NCBI GenBank assembly: GCA_963817385.1
Contig: CAWFOM010000003.1
Coordinates: forward strand, 32,001 to 96,000
Length of the DNA stretch: 64,000 bases
Source of the DNA: an uncultured delta proteobacterium
GTDB taxonomy: Bacteria; Desulfobacterota; Syntrophia; Syntrophales; UBA5619
Reading direction: 5' to 3'
A model generated the notes under the pieces. That model was not told the origin of the DNA, did no database searches, and was given only the letters and a program-made list of their open reading frames with translations. This document shows, one piece after another, positions 21,180 through 31,195 of the stretch. How positions within the stretch are numbered: position 1 is the stretch's first letter; each line of letters opens with the position of its first letter. The position numbers were made by a program, and so were the translations under genes.

Positions 21180-21632
21180 TCACTTCTTGCCCGATCCGAA
21201 CCCGGGATCGACATGCGGGCCCGCCATCGTTCCGTCAGCCGCCATCCCGATGATGCCATGGGACATGTCCTTGCAGGTGAAGAAAAGGACATCTTCCTCT
21301 GGCAGGGCTTGGATATAGTGGACGATGTTGGCCGGCAGGTAGACCAGCGTGCCGGGGCCTTCGACCCGTTCGGGCTGCCCGTCGACACTCATGCGGGCCC
21401 TGCCTTTGATCAGATAGATCCACTGCTCGTTCGGATGGGTATGGGCGCGCGCGCCGGTGCCGCGCGGCATCGAGATCAGGCCGACCTGGATCCGCTCACC
21501 CTCCACAACCGGCCCGACGGCACTCGAGTAGCCGACGCCGGCCTCCATCCGCTGAAGTCCCGCGAGATCGAATATGTAGTTGCCGTTACCGCCCTTGACC
21601 GCCCCTTTGTTCTTCGTATCCGCACTGCTCAT
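21180..21632 (-). CDS. Cupin domain protein
   Basis: HTHPNEQ...PANIVH cupin motifs. Confidence 0.85.
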   Translation of the reverse strand: MSSADTKNKGAVKGGNGNYIFDLAGLQRMEAGVGYSSAVGPVVEGERIQVGLISMPRGTGARAHTHPNEQWIYLIKGRARMSVDGQPERVEGPGTLVYLPANIVHYIQALPEEDVLFFTCKDMSHGIIGMAADGTMAGPHVDPGFGSGKK

Positions 21633-21753
21633 CTGTTCCCCCTATGATGATTCGCCGTATCAGTGTACGGGTCTTGGCGTGACATGCGTAATTTATGTAA
21701 AATCGCGCGGTTTTTAAGTCAAGGAAAAACCGCTGTTCAGGCGGTTCTTTTTT

Positions 21754-22281
21754 GTGATAAGAAACGGCTCACGGGGGTGCGTCGTGGAGGATCTTGTCCG
21801 GGCAGCCGGGGAAAAATGCGAGGGATACCGTCTGATGGGGTATCACTGTTCGGAATCCGTCATCCGGGCGTGCTCCGAGGTCTTAGGGATCCGCTTGCCC
21901 GAGGATGTCCTGCGGGTATCGAGCGGTTTCCGAGGCGGCGGAGGCGGTTACGGAGATCGGTGCGGGGTCACCGAAGCGGGCATCATCCTGATCTCCTACC
22001 GGTACGGACGGACCGATCCGGAAACCGACGTCTCCGGCTACAGTTACCTGATCAGGCTCCTCCATGAACGGTTCAACACGGAGATGGGCAGCTACTACTG
22101 CCGGGTCCTGAAGCCGTTCGCCTATTACCTCAGCGGTCCGGCCCAGAACTGCTCCCACGTCTATGTAAAGGGGGCCCAGATCGTCATGAAGCTTCTTCTG
22201 GAGGCGGACCGGTTGATCCGGGAGATGCCCGAGAGCGAACGGTACGTCAAAAAAGGCGCCGCTGCCCCCGCCAAAATCTGA
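21754..22281 (+). CDS. C_GCAxxG_C_C family putative redox protein (start uncertain)
   Basis: GYHCSESV, GFRGGGGGYGDRCG, GSYYCRVL, NC pattern. Confidence 0.8.
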   Translation: MIRNGSRGCVVEDLVRAAGEKCEGYRLMGYHCSESVIRACSEVLGIRLPEDVLRVSSGFRGGGGGYGDRCGVTEAGIILISYRYGRTDPETDVSGYSYLIRLLHERFNTEMGSYYCRVLKPFAYYLSGPAQNCSHVYVKGAQIVMKLLLEADRLIREMPESERYVKKGAAAPAKI

Positions 22282-22436
22282 GGCGCAGAAAAAACTCCTG
22301 CCAAAGCGACGCTTCTGACTTCAACGAACCATCGGCGCCGGCGGCGAAAAGGATCGCCGGTTCTATCATATGGCGGGAATCTTCTTGAATCGCTTCCGTC
22401 GCGGCCGGCGGCGGGGCGATGGGACTGCCGGCAACG

Positions 22437-23561
22437 TTACGGTTTCACCCCGGTCTTCAGGTAGCGCTTGAGTGATGCGGGCGGGAGGGTGTCGATCCCG
22501 AGCGCCGCAAGATCGCGGCCTCCGGCGGCGAAGTCCCGGCCGAGGAGCGCCGAGCCGAGCGTGATCAGCGACCGGGCGATCGGCATCTCCACCCCGACCG
22601 GTTCCGCCAGCGCCGCCCACATCGCCAGTCCGTAAGGGAGATCCTCGGTCAGCCAGCGCGTGTCGAGCTGTCCGGGGGCGCGCAGCGCGGTCAGCATCCG
22701 CGATCCGTTGATGACCGACCACAGATCGCCGCGCGGCCCGAAGCCGGCTTTCGCAAAGGCCTCCGCAACGGGCGTGAGCGCAATGCCGTATGCGCTCCCC
22801 AGCGCCAGCCGCTCCCGGTCGAGCGCCTCGATCACCCGGACGACCCCCGGGGTCACCCCCTCTTCGTAGAAGTAAAACTCCCCCCGCGACCGCTCCACGC
22901 GCCCGGCGTTCAATAATACCCCCGGGGGATGCACGATCGGATTGAGCGCGGCGAGCCCCGCCTCCAGGACATAATCGTAGGCCGACGCCCCGGGAAAGAG
23001 GAGGGTCATCGTTTCCATCGCCTCCGCCGTCCGCATGGCCGGGAAGGCGCCGATCCCAAGGGCGGGGACGATCCCCCAGATGACGGCCCGGTCCGGCGCG
23101 ATTTTCCTGCAGACATACGGGGCGGTGTCCGATTCGACGAGGACGCAGCCGGGCGAACCGGCCTTGCGCAGGATCGTTGCGAATTCGAGGGTCCCGAGAT
23201 TCCCCGGGAGTAGCGCGATAAGTTGGCCGGCCCCGATAACCGGGGCGAAGGCCTCGGCGAACGGCTTATGGGCATAGGAGGGAACCGAACAGATGAGGCG
23301 ATCCGACCACGCGGCCGCCTCGCGGGCGTCGGTCGTCAGGCCGGCGAGCCGCGCCGCACCGTTCAGCGTAGGCCCCTCGAGATGGATCGTCAGGGTCCCG
23401 CGCAGGGGTTCGATCGTCCGGGAGAAATCGGGATGCTCCCAGAGCAGGACCTCAAAGCCGTCGAGGCTCAGTTTTGCCGCGATGCTGAAGGCGGTATTCC
23501 CGCCGCCGAGAACCGTCACCCGTCCCTTCATCATCTCCCCCTCCTTTTGCGCTATGAACAT
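22437..23561 (-). CDS. NAD/NADP opine (octopine/nopaline) dehydrogenase family protein
   Basis: VLGGGNTA, NPIVHPPGVLLN, FYEEG, RWLTEDLPYGL. Confidence 0.88.
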   Translation of the reverse strand: MFIAQKEGEMMKGRVTVLGGGNTAFSIAAKLSLDGFEVLLWEHPDFSRTIEPLRGTLTIHLEGPTLNGAARLAGLTTDAREAAAWSDRLICSVPSYAHKPFAEAFAPVIGAGQLIALLPGNLGTLEFATILRKAGSPGCVLVESDTAPYVCRKIAPDRAVIWGIVPALGIGAFPAMRTAEAMETMTLLFPGASAYDYVLEAGLAALNPIVHPPGVLLNAGRVERSRGEFYFYEEGVTPGVVRVIEALDRERLALGSAYGIALTPVAEAFAKAGFGPRGDLWSVINGSRMLTALRAPGQLDTRWLTEDLPYGLAMWAALAEPVGVEMPIARSLITLGSALLGRDFAAGGRDLAALGIDTLPPASLKRYLKTGVKP

Positions 23562-23574
23562 CCCGCGGGCGGAC

Positions 23575-24210
23575 TCACCGCTCTACGAACCGTCTGGCCA
23601 TCTCCACGGCGGCCACGGCGTCCCGGCCATAGCCGTCGGCGCCGATCCGCGCGGCATAGGCCGCGTCCAATGGAGCCCCGCCCACCATGATCCGCACCTG
23701 GTCGCGGAGCCTCCTGGCAGTGATGGCCGCAATGATCGCCCCCATCTCCGGCATCGTCGTCGTCAGAAGGGAGGAAATCCCGATGACATCCGGATTCTCC
23801 TCCTCGATGCCCCGGATCACCTTCGCCACATCAACGTCGACGCCGAGGTCGACCACTCGGAAACCGGCCCCTTCGAGCATCATCACGACGATGTTCTTTC
23901 CGATATCGTGGAGATCCCCCTTGACGGTGGCCATGAGGATGGTTCCGGTCGGCGCCGCGCCGCCGGAGGCGAGCAGGGGTTTCAGGATATCGAGACCCTT
24001 TTTCATCGTAAAAGCGGCAACAAGCATCTCCGGGACGAAGATCTCCCCGGCGCCGTACCTCCGGCCGACTTCATCCATCGCGGCGATGAGTCCGCCGTTC
24101 ATGACGGCGGCAGGTGGGACGCCCGCAGCAATCGCATCCCCGATGCGGGCCTCGATCTCCCGGTGGAGCCCTCCGATCACCGCCTCTCTGATTACGTTCA
24201 CTTCCTGCAT
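23575..24210 (-). CDS. Methyltransferase cognate corrinoid protein
   Basis: FVPEML cap domain; TVKGDLHDIGKNIV B12-binding motif; SSLLTTTM; VGGAP. Confidence 0.93.
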   Translation of the reverse strand: MQEVNVIREAVIGGLHREIEARIGDAIAAGVPPAAVMNGGLIAAMDEVGRRYGAGEIFVPEMLVAAFTMKKGLDILKPLLASGGAAPTGTILMATVKGDLHDIGKNIVVMMLEGAGFRVVDLGVDVDVAKVIRGIEEENPDVIGISSLLTTTMPEMGAIIAAITARRLRDQVRIMVGGAPLDAAYAARIGADGYGRDAVAAVEMARRFVER

Positions 24211-24222
24211 GCAATCAGCTCC

Positions 24223-25233
24223 TCAATAACCCTCCCGGCAGGCCGCCGCAATCGCCTGGAGATTGGCCAGGGGCGTGGCAAGCGGGATGGCACACTCCGG
24301 GCCGATGATATCGACTCCCGCGTCGATCGCATACCGCGCTTGATTGTAAACATCCTCCGGCGTTCCCTGGAGGAGCGCCTTGGGATTGTTGACATTCCCC
24401 GCGAGCGAAACCCGGGAGCCGATCCGCTCCACGGCCGCCTTCGCGTCGACCTGCCACTCGAAATGGTAGGCGTCGACCCCCGAATCGGCGAAGAGCTCCA
24501 GGCGGTCGAGGCAGTTTCCGCAGACGTGGAGGATGATGGGCCCGTCGATCGCCGCGGTTATCTCCCGATGGAGGGGAAGGAGCAGGTCCCGGTAATGGTA
24601 GGGGCCGACGAGATTGCCCGTCGCATGGTCGGCAAGGACCACCGCATCGGCGCCGGCCCGGAGTTGGGCATTGGCGAAGGCGATGGTGAGGGGCATCAGT
24701 TGCCGGAGCATCCGCGTGACCTTCGTGGTCTCCCCGAGCCCCACCTGGAGGAGGAAATTCTGGGTCCCCGCGAGGTGATAGGAGAGAGTCCAGGGGCCCA
24801 TCACCTTGCCGATGATCCCTGCCCGCCCGCCGACCTCTCTCCGCAGGAGGGCGATCGCCTCCAGGACCGTGCGGAGCGAAGGCTTCTCCAGGATCGCCTC
24901 GGGAATCGTGACGTCGGAAAAATCGGCATTGGGGGCGTTTTTCGCATCGGGCATCCTCTCCGGAGATCCCCAGTCGACTTCGCAGCCGAGGGCGGCCGAT
25001 TCCTGGTGGACGCTGAACTCGGGCATGACCGTATCGAAACCGGCGATCTCGTGGCCCGCAATCGCCAGATCGGCCATGGCCCGGGGATTCAGATGCGCTT
25101 CGGGGAAAAAGGCGCCGCAGGACTTCATCAACTCTTCGCAGGCGATAGAGGTGGGGTTCCCGGCCGGCGGGCGCGCCCCGCGGCGACCGCCGAAGAGGGC
25201 CGACAGAAAGAGATGTTTGGGGGCGGTTCTCAT
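24223..25233 (-). CDS. MtaA/CmuA-family methylcobamide methyltransferase (UROD fold)
   Basis: GPWTL, ILHVCGN and GPECAI Zn-ligand pattern; adjacent to the corrinoid protein. Confidence 0.88.
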   Translation of the reverse strand: MRTAPKHLFLSALFGGRRGARPPAGNPTSIACEELMKSCGAFFPEAHLNPRAMADLAIAGHEIAGFDTVMPEFSVHQESAALGCEVDWGSPERMPDAKNAPNADFSDVTIPEAILEKPSLRTVLEAIALLRREVGGRAGIIGKVMGPWTLSYHLAGTQNFLLQVGLGETTKVTRMLRQLMPLTIAFANAQLRAGADAVVLADHATGNLVGPYHYRDLLLPLHREITAAIDGPIILHVCGNCLDRLELFADSGVDAYHFEWQVDAKAAVERIGSRVSLAGNVNNPKALLQGTPEDVYNQARYAIDAGVDIIGPECAIPLATPLANLQAIAAACREGY

Positions 25234-25390
25234 ACCCTGTCCTTCTGAAGTTGCCGTTTCTCCCGGCAACGGAAATGCGGTTCGGTACAAACTCCTGGTT
25301 GCGCCCTCCGGCGCAGGCACAGGGGCGTTTGTTATTGCCCGCCGAGCCCGCGGCCTCGCGCATGGTGGCCGTGCGCCTGATTCACGCGGG

Positions 25391-25419
25391 AGTATAGGAA
25401 GAGGGCGCTAAGGTGTCAA
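25391..25419 (-). promoter_or_regulatory. Sigma70 promoter for the MtaA-corrinoid-opine DH operon
   Basis: Minus strand TTGACA-17 nt-TATACT. Confidence 0.75.
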
Positions 25420-25489
25420 GATAATTAAACCGCTATTGTTTCGCCATCCCCTGCCGGCTTCGACGCCGCGAAGTGGAGGAATTTTCCCC

Positions 25490-25518
25490 TTGACAGAAAG
25501 GGTCGCACCTCTTACCCT
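25490..25518 (+). promoter_or_regulatory. Possible divergent sigma70 promoter for the sensor kinase
   Basis: TTGACA-17 nt-TACCCT. Confidence 0.45.
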
Positions 25519-25638
25519 GTGCCCGCCAAAACAGGCATTTCTCCCCGTGAATACGAGATATGGGGATCGGCTGCACCGACCCCCGGCCAGCCCGAAAGGC
25601 TCGCTTGCAAGCGGGCAAAACGGATACCGATATACACG

Positions 25639-27048
25639 ATGAGCCCACGAACTTTGGCAGAAAGCGTATTGGAGGCGATCGACCGGTTTCTTATCCCGCC
25701 CTCCATAGACCCGGACGAGCGATCCCGGCGGCTGGCCTCCGGTTTTGCCGTCCTCGTCGCCGCTCCCGTACTCTTCTTCTTCGGCACGTTACACCTGCTC
25801 TCCGGAAACCCCGTCACCGGGTTTCTGGAAATCATCACCGCTGCAAGTTATACGTTCAGCTTCTTTTTCGGGAGCGTGCAGCGGAGGATCAAAACCCTCA
25901 TCAAGGTGAATCTTGGCTTGACGGGTTTCTTCCTCCTTTACGTGCTGCTCCACAGCGGTACCCGGGGACACGCGGTGTATTGGCTCTACCTCTTTCCCGT
26001 CGCTCTGTTTTTCCTGCTGGGCCCTCTCACCGGAATTCTCTACAACATAATTTTCCTCACCGGTGCAGCGGTGGTCTTGTTTGTCCTGCAGGGCGACATC
26101 ACCGGTACCGTACCCCTGGCGACAACATTTGCAGTGCGTTTTCTCATCTCGATGTGCATTCTTGTCCTCATCACCTACGGGTACGAGGCGGTCCGGGAAC
26201 GGTATCGGGTCGAAGTGAAAGAGAAACAGCGGATGCTGGAGGAGGAGAAGGCGAAACTCCTGGTTGCCAAGCACGAGGCCGAACAGGCGAGTCTCGCCAA
26301 GTCCCAGTTCCTCGCGAACATGAGCCACGAACTGCGTACGCCCCTCAACGCCATCATCGGCTTTACGGAGCTCCTGGCGGAGCGCCATGCGGGGGAGCTC
26401 AACCCCACCCAGGAGGAGTACCTCGCGAATGTACTCCAAAGCAGCCGCCATCTGCTGGCGCTCATCAGCGATGTCCTGGATCTCGCCAAGGTGGAGGCGG
26501 GACGGATGGAGCTGGAAATCGGCAAGGTAAACCTCGAGGGGCTTCTGGACGGGAGCCTGATCATGATCAGGGAGAGGGCCCGCAAACAGGGCGTTGCGCT
26601 GGAGACGAAACTTGACGGCCTCCCCGCCACTATCCGGGCGGATGAGCGCAAGCTCAAGCAGATCGTTGATAACTTGCTTTCCAACGCGGTGAAGTTCACC
26701 CCGGACGGAGGGCGGGTGACCGTCAGCGGGAAGATCCTGCGCCGGGAGAACGGTCGTTGGCCGGACCATGAGGGGGACGGGCTACCGGCATCCGTCGCCG
26801 GGGGCGACGAATCCTGGCTCAAGATTGCCGTGGCGGACACGGGGATCGGGATCCCCCGGGAGGACCTGGAGAGGATCTTCGAGCCCTTCGAGCAGGGGGA
26901 CGGCTCGACCACCCGCCGCTTCCAGGGGACGGGGCTGGGGCTTTCCCTGACCCGGAAGCTGGTGGCGCTGCACGGAGGGGCCGTCTGGGCCGAGAGTGCC
27001 GGCCTTAAGCAGGGCGCCACGGTGAGCTTCGTGATCCCCCTGAGATAA
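25639..27048 (+). CDS. Membrane-bound sensor histidine kinase
   Basis: About six TM segments, then FLANMSHELRTPLN, NLLSNAVKFT, DTGIG and GTGLGL. Confidence 0.93.
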   Translation: MSPRTLAESVLEAIDRFLIPPSIDPDERSRRLASGFAVLVAAPVLFFFGTLHLLSGNPVTGFLEIITAASYTFSFFFGSVQRRIKTLIKVNLGLTGFFLLYVLLHSGTRGHAVYWLYLFPVALFFLLGPLTGILYNIIFLTGAAVVLFVLQGDITGTVPLATTFAVRFLISMCILVLITYGYEAVRERYRVEVKEKQRMLEEEKAKLLVAKHEAEQASLAKSQFLANMSHELRTPLNAIIGFTELLAERHAGELNPTQEEYLANVLQSSRHLLALISDVLDLAKVEAGRMELEIGKVNLEGLLDGSLIMIRERARKQGVALETKLDGLPATIRADERKLKQIVDNLLSNAVKFTPDGGRVTVSGKILRRENGRWPDHEGDGLPASVAGGDESWLKIAVADTGIGIPREDLERIFEPFEQGDGSTTRRFQGTGLGLSLTRKLVALHGGAVWAESAGLKQGATVSFVIPLR

Positions 27049-27126
27049 GCAACCGGCGGATAAAACTCCTTGGCATCCCAGACCGCTTTTCTTATTCTCA
27101 ACCCACCCAAAACAAGTTCTTATCAG

Positions 27127-28113
27127 TTACTGCTTGACCAGATCGCGCAACTCGGGGATCACCCACAACGGCGGCCGGCCCGCGACTATCCGTTGAATGT
27201 TGGCGTACGCGTTGCGGATCCGTTTGGGCCAACTGTCCACGGTCGGGCCGGCGCTGTGAGGAGTGATGGTCACGTTCTGGAGCAACAACAGCGGGTAATT
27301 GGCGGGCGGCGGCTCCTGCTCCAGCGTATCAAGACCGGCGCCGGCGATGATCCCTTCATGCAGTGCCTTGTACAGGGCTTCCCCATCCACCACCCCGCCC
27401 CGGCAGGTATTGATCAGCACGGCCGATCTCTTCATTGCACGCAACTGCTCGACGCCTATCATGTGGTGCGTCTCGGGTGATAGCTGGACGTGAAGACTGA
27501 GGATATCCGCCGAGCGCAGAAGTTCGGGGAACTCGACGTACTGAATTCCCAGTGACTCCTCCGTGGCCGGATCAGGCCTGATCACGTCATAATACTTCAA
27601 CGTTACCCCGAACCCCCGCAGCCTTTTGGCCACTTCGCGGCCGATCATACCGAGCCCGACCAGCCCTACCGTCTTTCCCTCCAATTCGTAAAGCCCCTGC
27701 GAGCTGGTGGTGGCGGAGGCCCACTTCCCAGCCTTGACCTGCGTACACAGCTCGCAGACTCTCTTGTAGGCAGCCAGCATCAGCATGATGGCGTGCTCGG
27801 CAACGGCGACGGCATTGGCGCCGCCGTTGGTGGCCACGGGCACCCGAAGTTCCCGCATGGCGGCAATGTCCACCTTGTCGTAGCCGGCGCTGAGCAGTTG
27901 GATTAGCTTGAGGCGGCCCATAGTGCTCGTCACGTGAGATGCAAGAGGCCGGGTGATGAACCCCATCATCACGTCAGTGGAAGCGAGCGCCTTGATCAGA
28001 TCGTCATCCTTCGCCTCCGGACCGACCACCTCCAACTCGAATTCAGGGGGCAACAAGGAATGAGCTAACTGAAGCCCCTCTTCGGCGAGGCGCGGATACA
28101 AGAGGATCTTCAT
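27127..28113 (-). CDS. D-isomer-specific 2-hydroxyacid dehydrogenase
   Basis: AVAEHA, GLVGLGMIG, LINTCRG, GLDTLEQEP, TPHSAG. Confidence 0.92.
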   Translation of the reverse strand: MKILLYPRLAEEGLQLAHSLLPPEFELEVVGPEAKDDDLIKALASTDVMMGFITRPLASHVTSTMGRLKLIQLLSAGYDKVDIAAMRELRVPVATNGGANAVAVAEHAIMLMLAAYKRVCELCTQVKAGKWASATTSSQGLYELEGKTVGLVGLGMIGREVAKRLRGFGVTLKYYDVIRPDPATEESLGIQYVEFPELLRSADILSLHVQLSPETHHMIGVEQLRAMKRSAVLINTCRGGVVDGEALYKALHEGIIAGAGLDTLEQEPPPANYPLLLLQNVTITPHSAGPTVDSWPKRIRNAYANIQRIVAGRPPLWVIPELRDLVKQ

Positions 28114-28160
28114 CGTTATCAATCTCCGTTCACTGCGCCGCTCTGATACCGGGACCGCGA

Positions 28161-29030
28161 TCAGCTTTGCATTCCCCATCTCCGCACGGTGCGCAGCTCG
28201 ATGGTGCGGAAGATGATGTTTTCCACAAAGAGGCCCAACAGAATCACGCTGAACAGGCCGGCGAACACATTGGCGATTTCCAACTGATTCTTGTTCTCAT
28301 AAATGAACCAGCCGAGACCTCCGGAGCCGGAGGAGACGCCGAACACCAATTCGGCCGCAATCAGCGTGCGCCAGGCAAAGGCCCAGCCGATCTTGAGTCC
28401 GGTGAGGATGCTGGGGAAGGCCGCCGGGATGAGGATCTTCGCCACATAGGATAAGCCGGTCAGTCCGCAATTGCGGCCCACCATGCGCAGGGTGTCCGAC
28501 ACCGACATGAAGCCCGAGTGTGTGTTGAGCGCCACCGGCCACAGCACGGAGTGAATCATCACGAACACCAGGCTGCCGTTGCCGAGGCCGAACCAAATCA
28601 GCGCGAGCGGCAGCAGTGCGATGGCGGGCAGTGGGTTGAACATCGAGGTGAGCGTCTCGAGTAAATCCGTGCCGACGCGCGAGGTGATGGCAAGCACGGT
28701 GAGGATTGCAGCCAAGGATAGGCCCGCGGCATAGCCCATCAGCAGGAGCCGGATAGAGTACCACGCCTTGCCGGGCAGGCCGCCGGTTGCGATTGCGTCC
28801 CAGAACGCCTGCACGGTGGCGCCGAAGGTCGGGACCAACAGCGGGTTGTTGAGCAGTGTGGCGTAGATCTGCCAGATGAACGCCAGCACGGCGAGTAACG
28901 CGGCTTTCCGCAGGAAACCATTATTGTAGGCCTTCTCCCAGACGGTGAGGGGCTGCTTAATCACGCCTAAGGTACTCATGTCGAGCGGCTTACGGTAGAT
29001 GTTCGGCCTCTGTACCGGCTGCTCAGCCAT
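28161..29030 (-). CDS. ABC transporter permease (SsuC/TauC/NitT family)
   Basis: PLPAIALLPL, WRTLIAAELV, multiple TM segments. Confidence 0.9.
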   Translation of the reverse strand: MAEQPVQRPNIYRKPLDMSTLGVIKQPLTVWEKAYNNGFLRKAALLAVLAFIWQIYATLLNNPLLVPTFGATVQAFWDAIATGGLPGKAWYSIRLLLMGYAAGLSLAAILTVLAITSRVGTDLLETLTSMFNPLPAIALLPLALIWFGLGNGSLVFVMIHSVLWPVALNTHSGFMSVSDTLRMVGRNCGLTGLSYVAKILIPAAFPSILTGLKIGWAFAWRTLIAAELVFGVSSGSGGLGWFIYENKNQLEIANVFAGLFSVILLGLFVENIIFRTIELRTVRRWGMQS

Positions 29031-29808
29031 GCGCGGCCTCCTTTACTTCCACCGCGTCGGCGAAGAGCGTTTCATGGATGTAGTTCTCCAGGTCCTTGCA
29101 CCGTTGCGAATCGGGCTCTTCGCGCACCGCAACGCCGTCAACCTCGGCCTTGACTTGTCCCGGATGCGGCGTCAGCAGCAGGATGCGGCTGCCGATCAGG
29201 ACCGCCTCCGGGATCGAGTGGGTGACGAACAGCACCGTAAACCGGGTGTCGTTCCAGAGCTGCAGCAGTTCCTCCTGCATTTTTCGCCGCGTCAGCGCGT
29301 CCAGAGCGGCAAACGGCTCATCCATGAGCAGAATGTCGGGTTCCATCGCCATGCCGCGCGCGATTGCCACTCGCTGCTTCATGCCGCCGGAGAGCGTATG
29401 CGGATAGCTGTCGGCAAACTTGGCAAGGTTCACCTTCCCGATGTAGTGCATTGCCCTGTCCTCGGCGGCGCGGCCGGACAGCTTGCCGCTTGTCGTCAGC
29501 GCGAACATCACGTTCTGCTTCACGGTCTTCCACGGCAGCAGTTGGTTGAACTCCTGGAACACCATCATGCGGTCCGGACCGGGCCTATCGATCACCTTGC
29601 CCTTCAGGCGTATCTCCCCCTCGACCGGCTTCATGTAGCCGCCCACCGCCTTGAGCAGGGTCGATTTACCGCATCCCGAAGGACCGAGGAGCACGAAGCG
29701 GTCGGAACAGAGCACCTCGAAATCAACGCGATAGGTGGCGGTGACGAGATGGTCGCGCGTCTTATACTGCAGGGTGACGCCGCGGACATCGAGGAGAGGT
29801 ATGGCCAT
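29023..29808 (-). CDS. ABC transporter ATP-binding protein (SsuB/TauB family)
   Basis: GPSGCGKST, LSGGMKQR, LLMDEPFAALD. Confidence 0.93.
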   Translation of the reverse strand: MAIPLLDVRGVTLQYKTRDHLVTATYRVDFEVLCSDRFVLLGPSGCGKSTLLKAVGGYMKPVEGEIRLKGKVIDRPGPDRMMVFQEFNQLLPWKTVKQNVMFALTTSGKLSGRAAEDRAMHYIGKVNLAKFADSYPHTLSGGMKQRVAIARGMAMEPDILLMDEPFAALDALTRRKMQEELLQLWNDTRFTVLFVTHSIPEAVLIGSRILLLTPHPGQVKAEVDGVAVREEPDSQRCKDLENYIHETLFADAVEVKEAAHG

Positions 29809-29819
29809 CACGCGTTCCC

Positions 29820-30824
29820 TCAACTGCCGGGCATGATGTGTGCGTTGGGGAAGAACATGTCCTTCCATGAGGAGGGCTTGGTCTTGATGGTTCCAATTTT
29901 GTACATGAAGTCGACTATTTTCATGATGTTCCCGGGAACGAGCGAGTACTCGATAGTCGGATCGTTCATGATTTTCAAGATGCCATCGACCCCGCTCTTG
30001 TCCTTGGTCACCTTGACGTAGATCTCGGCGGCGGCCCGTTTGTCGCGATTGATGAAGTCGGTGGCCTCCTGCAAGGCGGCCATGACGGCGGCGTAGGTCT
30101 TGGGATTGCCCTGCTGGAACTTGGTGCTCGCGGCAACCACGTTGAACGAAATCGGACCGCCGAGGATCTCGGTCGAGCTGATCAGCTTGCGGATGCCGGC
30201 TTTCTCCAGTTCCTTCTGGATGAAGGGTACGGACGTGAAATGGTTGTTGATTTCGCCGCCGCCCGAGAGGAGCGCGACCATGCCGTCCGGGTGGGTCATC
30301 GAAACGGTGAGCGGGTCAAGCTTGTTCAAGTTGGCATCGCCGAATTCCTTTGCCGCCCACATTTGCAACAGGACGGCCTGCTGCGACACTTTCACCGCCG
30401 GCAGCGCGATCTTGTCCTTCTCGGTGAAGTCGCGGATACCCTTGATATTGGGGCTGCGGGTGTTGAGCTGCAGCGGCAGGAAGTTGAAGCCGGAGGCTGC
30501 CTTCACCTGGCCGTTGGTCTTGGACCAGATGACGGCGATGCCCGGGATGCCGAGGCAGACGAAGTCGACGCTACCCGACAGCAGCGCGTCGTTCATCACA
30601 TCGCTGGAGCGAAAAGTCACCCAGTTCACCTTGTCCACGCCCAGTCCCATGGCACGAGCGTGCTTCTCGACCATCTGCCGGTCCTCCATGATCATCATCT
30701 GCAGGTAGCCGAGCCCATACTGCTTGGCGATGGTTATTTCCTTTTGTTCAGCGCTTGCGCGGATTGACCCGAAGGTTAAAACAGTGATGGTAACGAGCAG
30801 GGCGAGAGATGCGGTGCGTTTCAT
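29820..30824 (-). CDS. ABC transporter substrate-binding protein (SsuA/NMT1-like)
   Basis: Signal peptide; first gene of the ABC operon; ALLSGSVDF. Confidence 0.85.
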   Translation of the reverse strand: MKRTASLALLVTITVLTFGSIRASAEQKEITIAKQYGLGYLQMMIMEDRQMVEKHARAMGLGVDKVNWVTFRSSDVMNDALLSGSVDFVCLGIPGIAVIWSKTNGQVKAASGFNFLPLQLNTRSPNIKGIRDFTEKDKIALPAVKVSQQAVLLQMWAAKEFGDANLNKLDPLTVSMTHPDGMVALLSGGGEINNHFTSVPFIQKELEKAGIRKLISSTEILGGPISFNVVAASTKFQQGNPKTYAAVMAALQEATDFINRDKRAAAEIYVKVTKDKSGVDGILKIMNDPTIEYSLVPGNIMKIVDFMYKIGTIKTKPSSWKDMFFPNAHIMPGS

Positions 30825-30939
30825 AGCCTACCTCCTGTGGTTCGTTAATGGATAAGAACGACCTTGTTATACATAGTCTTCCTACGCGTAATGTAGTTTA
30901 GGCGCTTGTTTTGATAAGGCATGGTTTTTTCACGGCGGG

Positions 30940-30993
30940 AGTATATGAAGATTGATCTTGTGTGTCAATTGAATTATGAACATTGAATTATGA
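30940..30993 (-). promoter_or_regulatory. Sigma70 promoter with an upstream 12-bp direct repeat
   Basis: Minus strand TTGACA(30968-30963)-17 nt-TATACT(30945-30940). ATTGAATTATGA occurs twice, at 30968-30979 and 30982-30993. Confidence 0.75.
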
Positions 30994-31195
30994 TCACATG
31001 GATGCCATAAACCCCTTGACAAAATTCATCCCTAAAGACATTCTGCGTGCAAAATTCATTATGGGGATCAGCCGAACCCCTTAGTGATCGCTCTCAAGAA
31101 ACCGGAACAGGGGCACTTGATTCGCGTCGTACGGACGAAGCTGAGGAAGGCCGCAGGCGGGAAAAGTCGGCGGGCAGGGCAATCGAGGGAAAACC

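Noticed and set aside
23293..25248. 651 aa plus-strand ORF and similar long ORFs (13330-14685, 16150-17658, 18553-20241, 57174-58937)
   Set aside because: Antisense shadows of well-supported genes in GC-rich DNA, with no motifs.
25234..25390. Cobalamin riboswitch in the leader of the corrinoid operon
   Set aside because: I could not find the B12-box or other consensus elements by eye, only generic hairpins.
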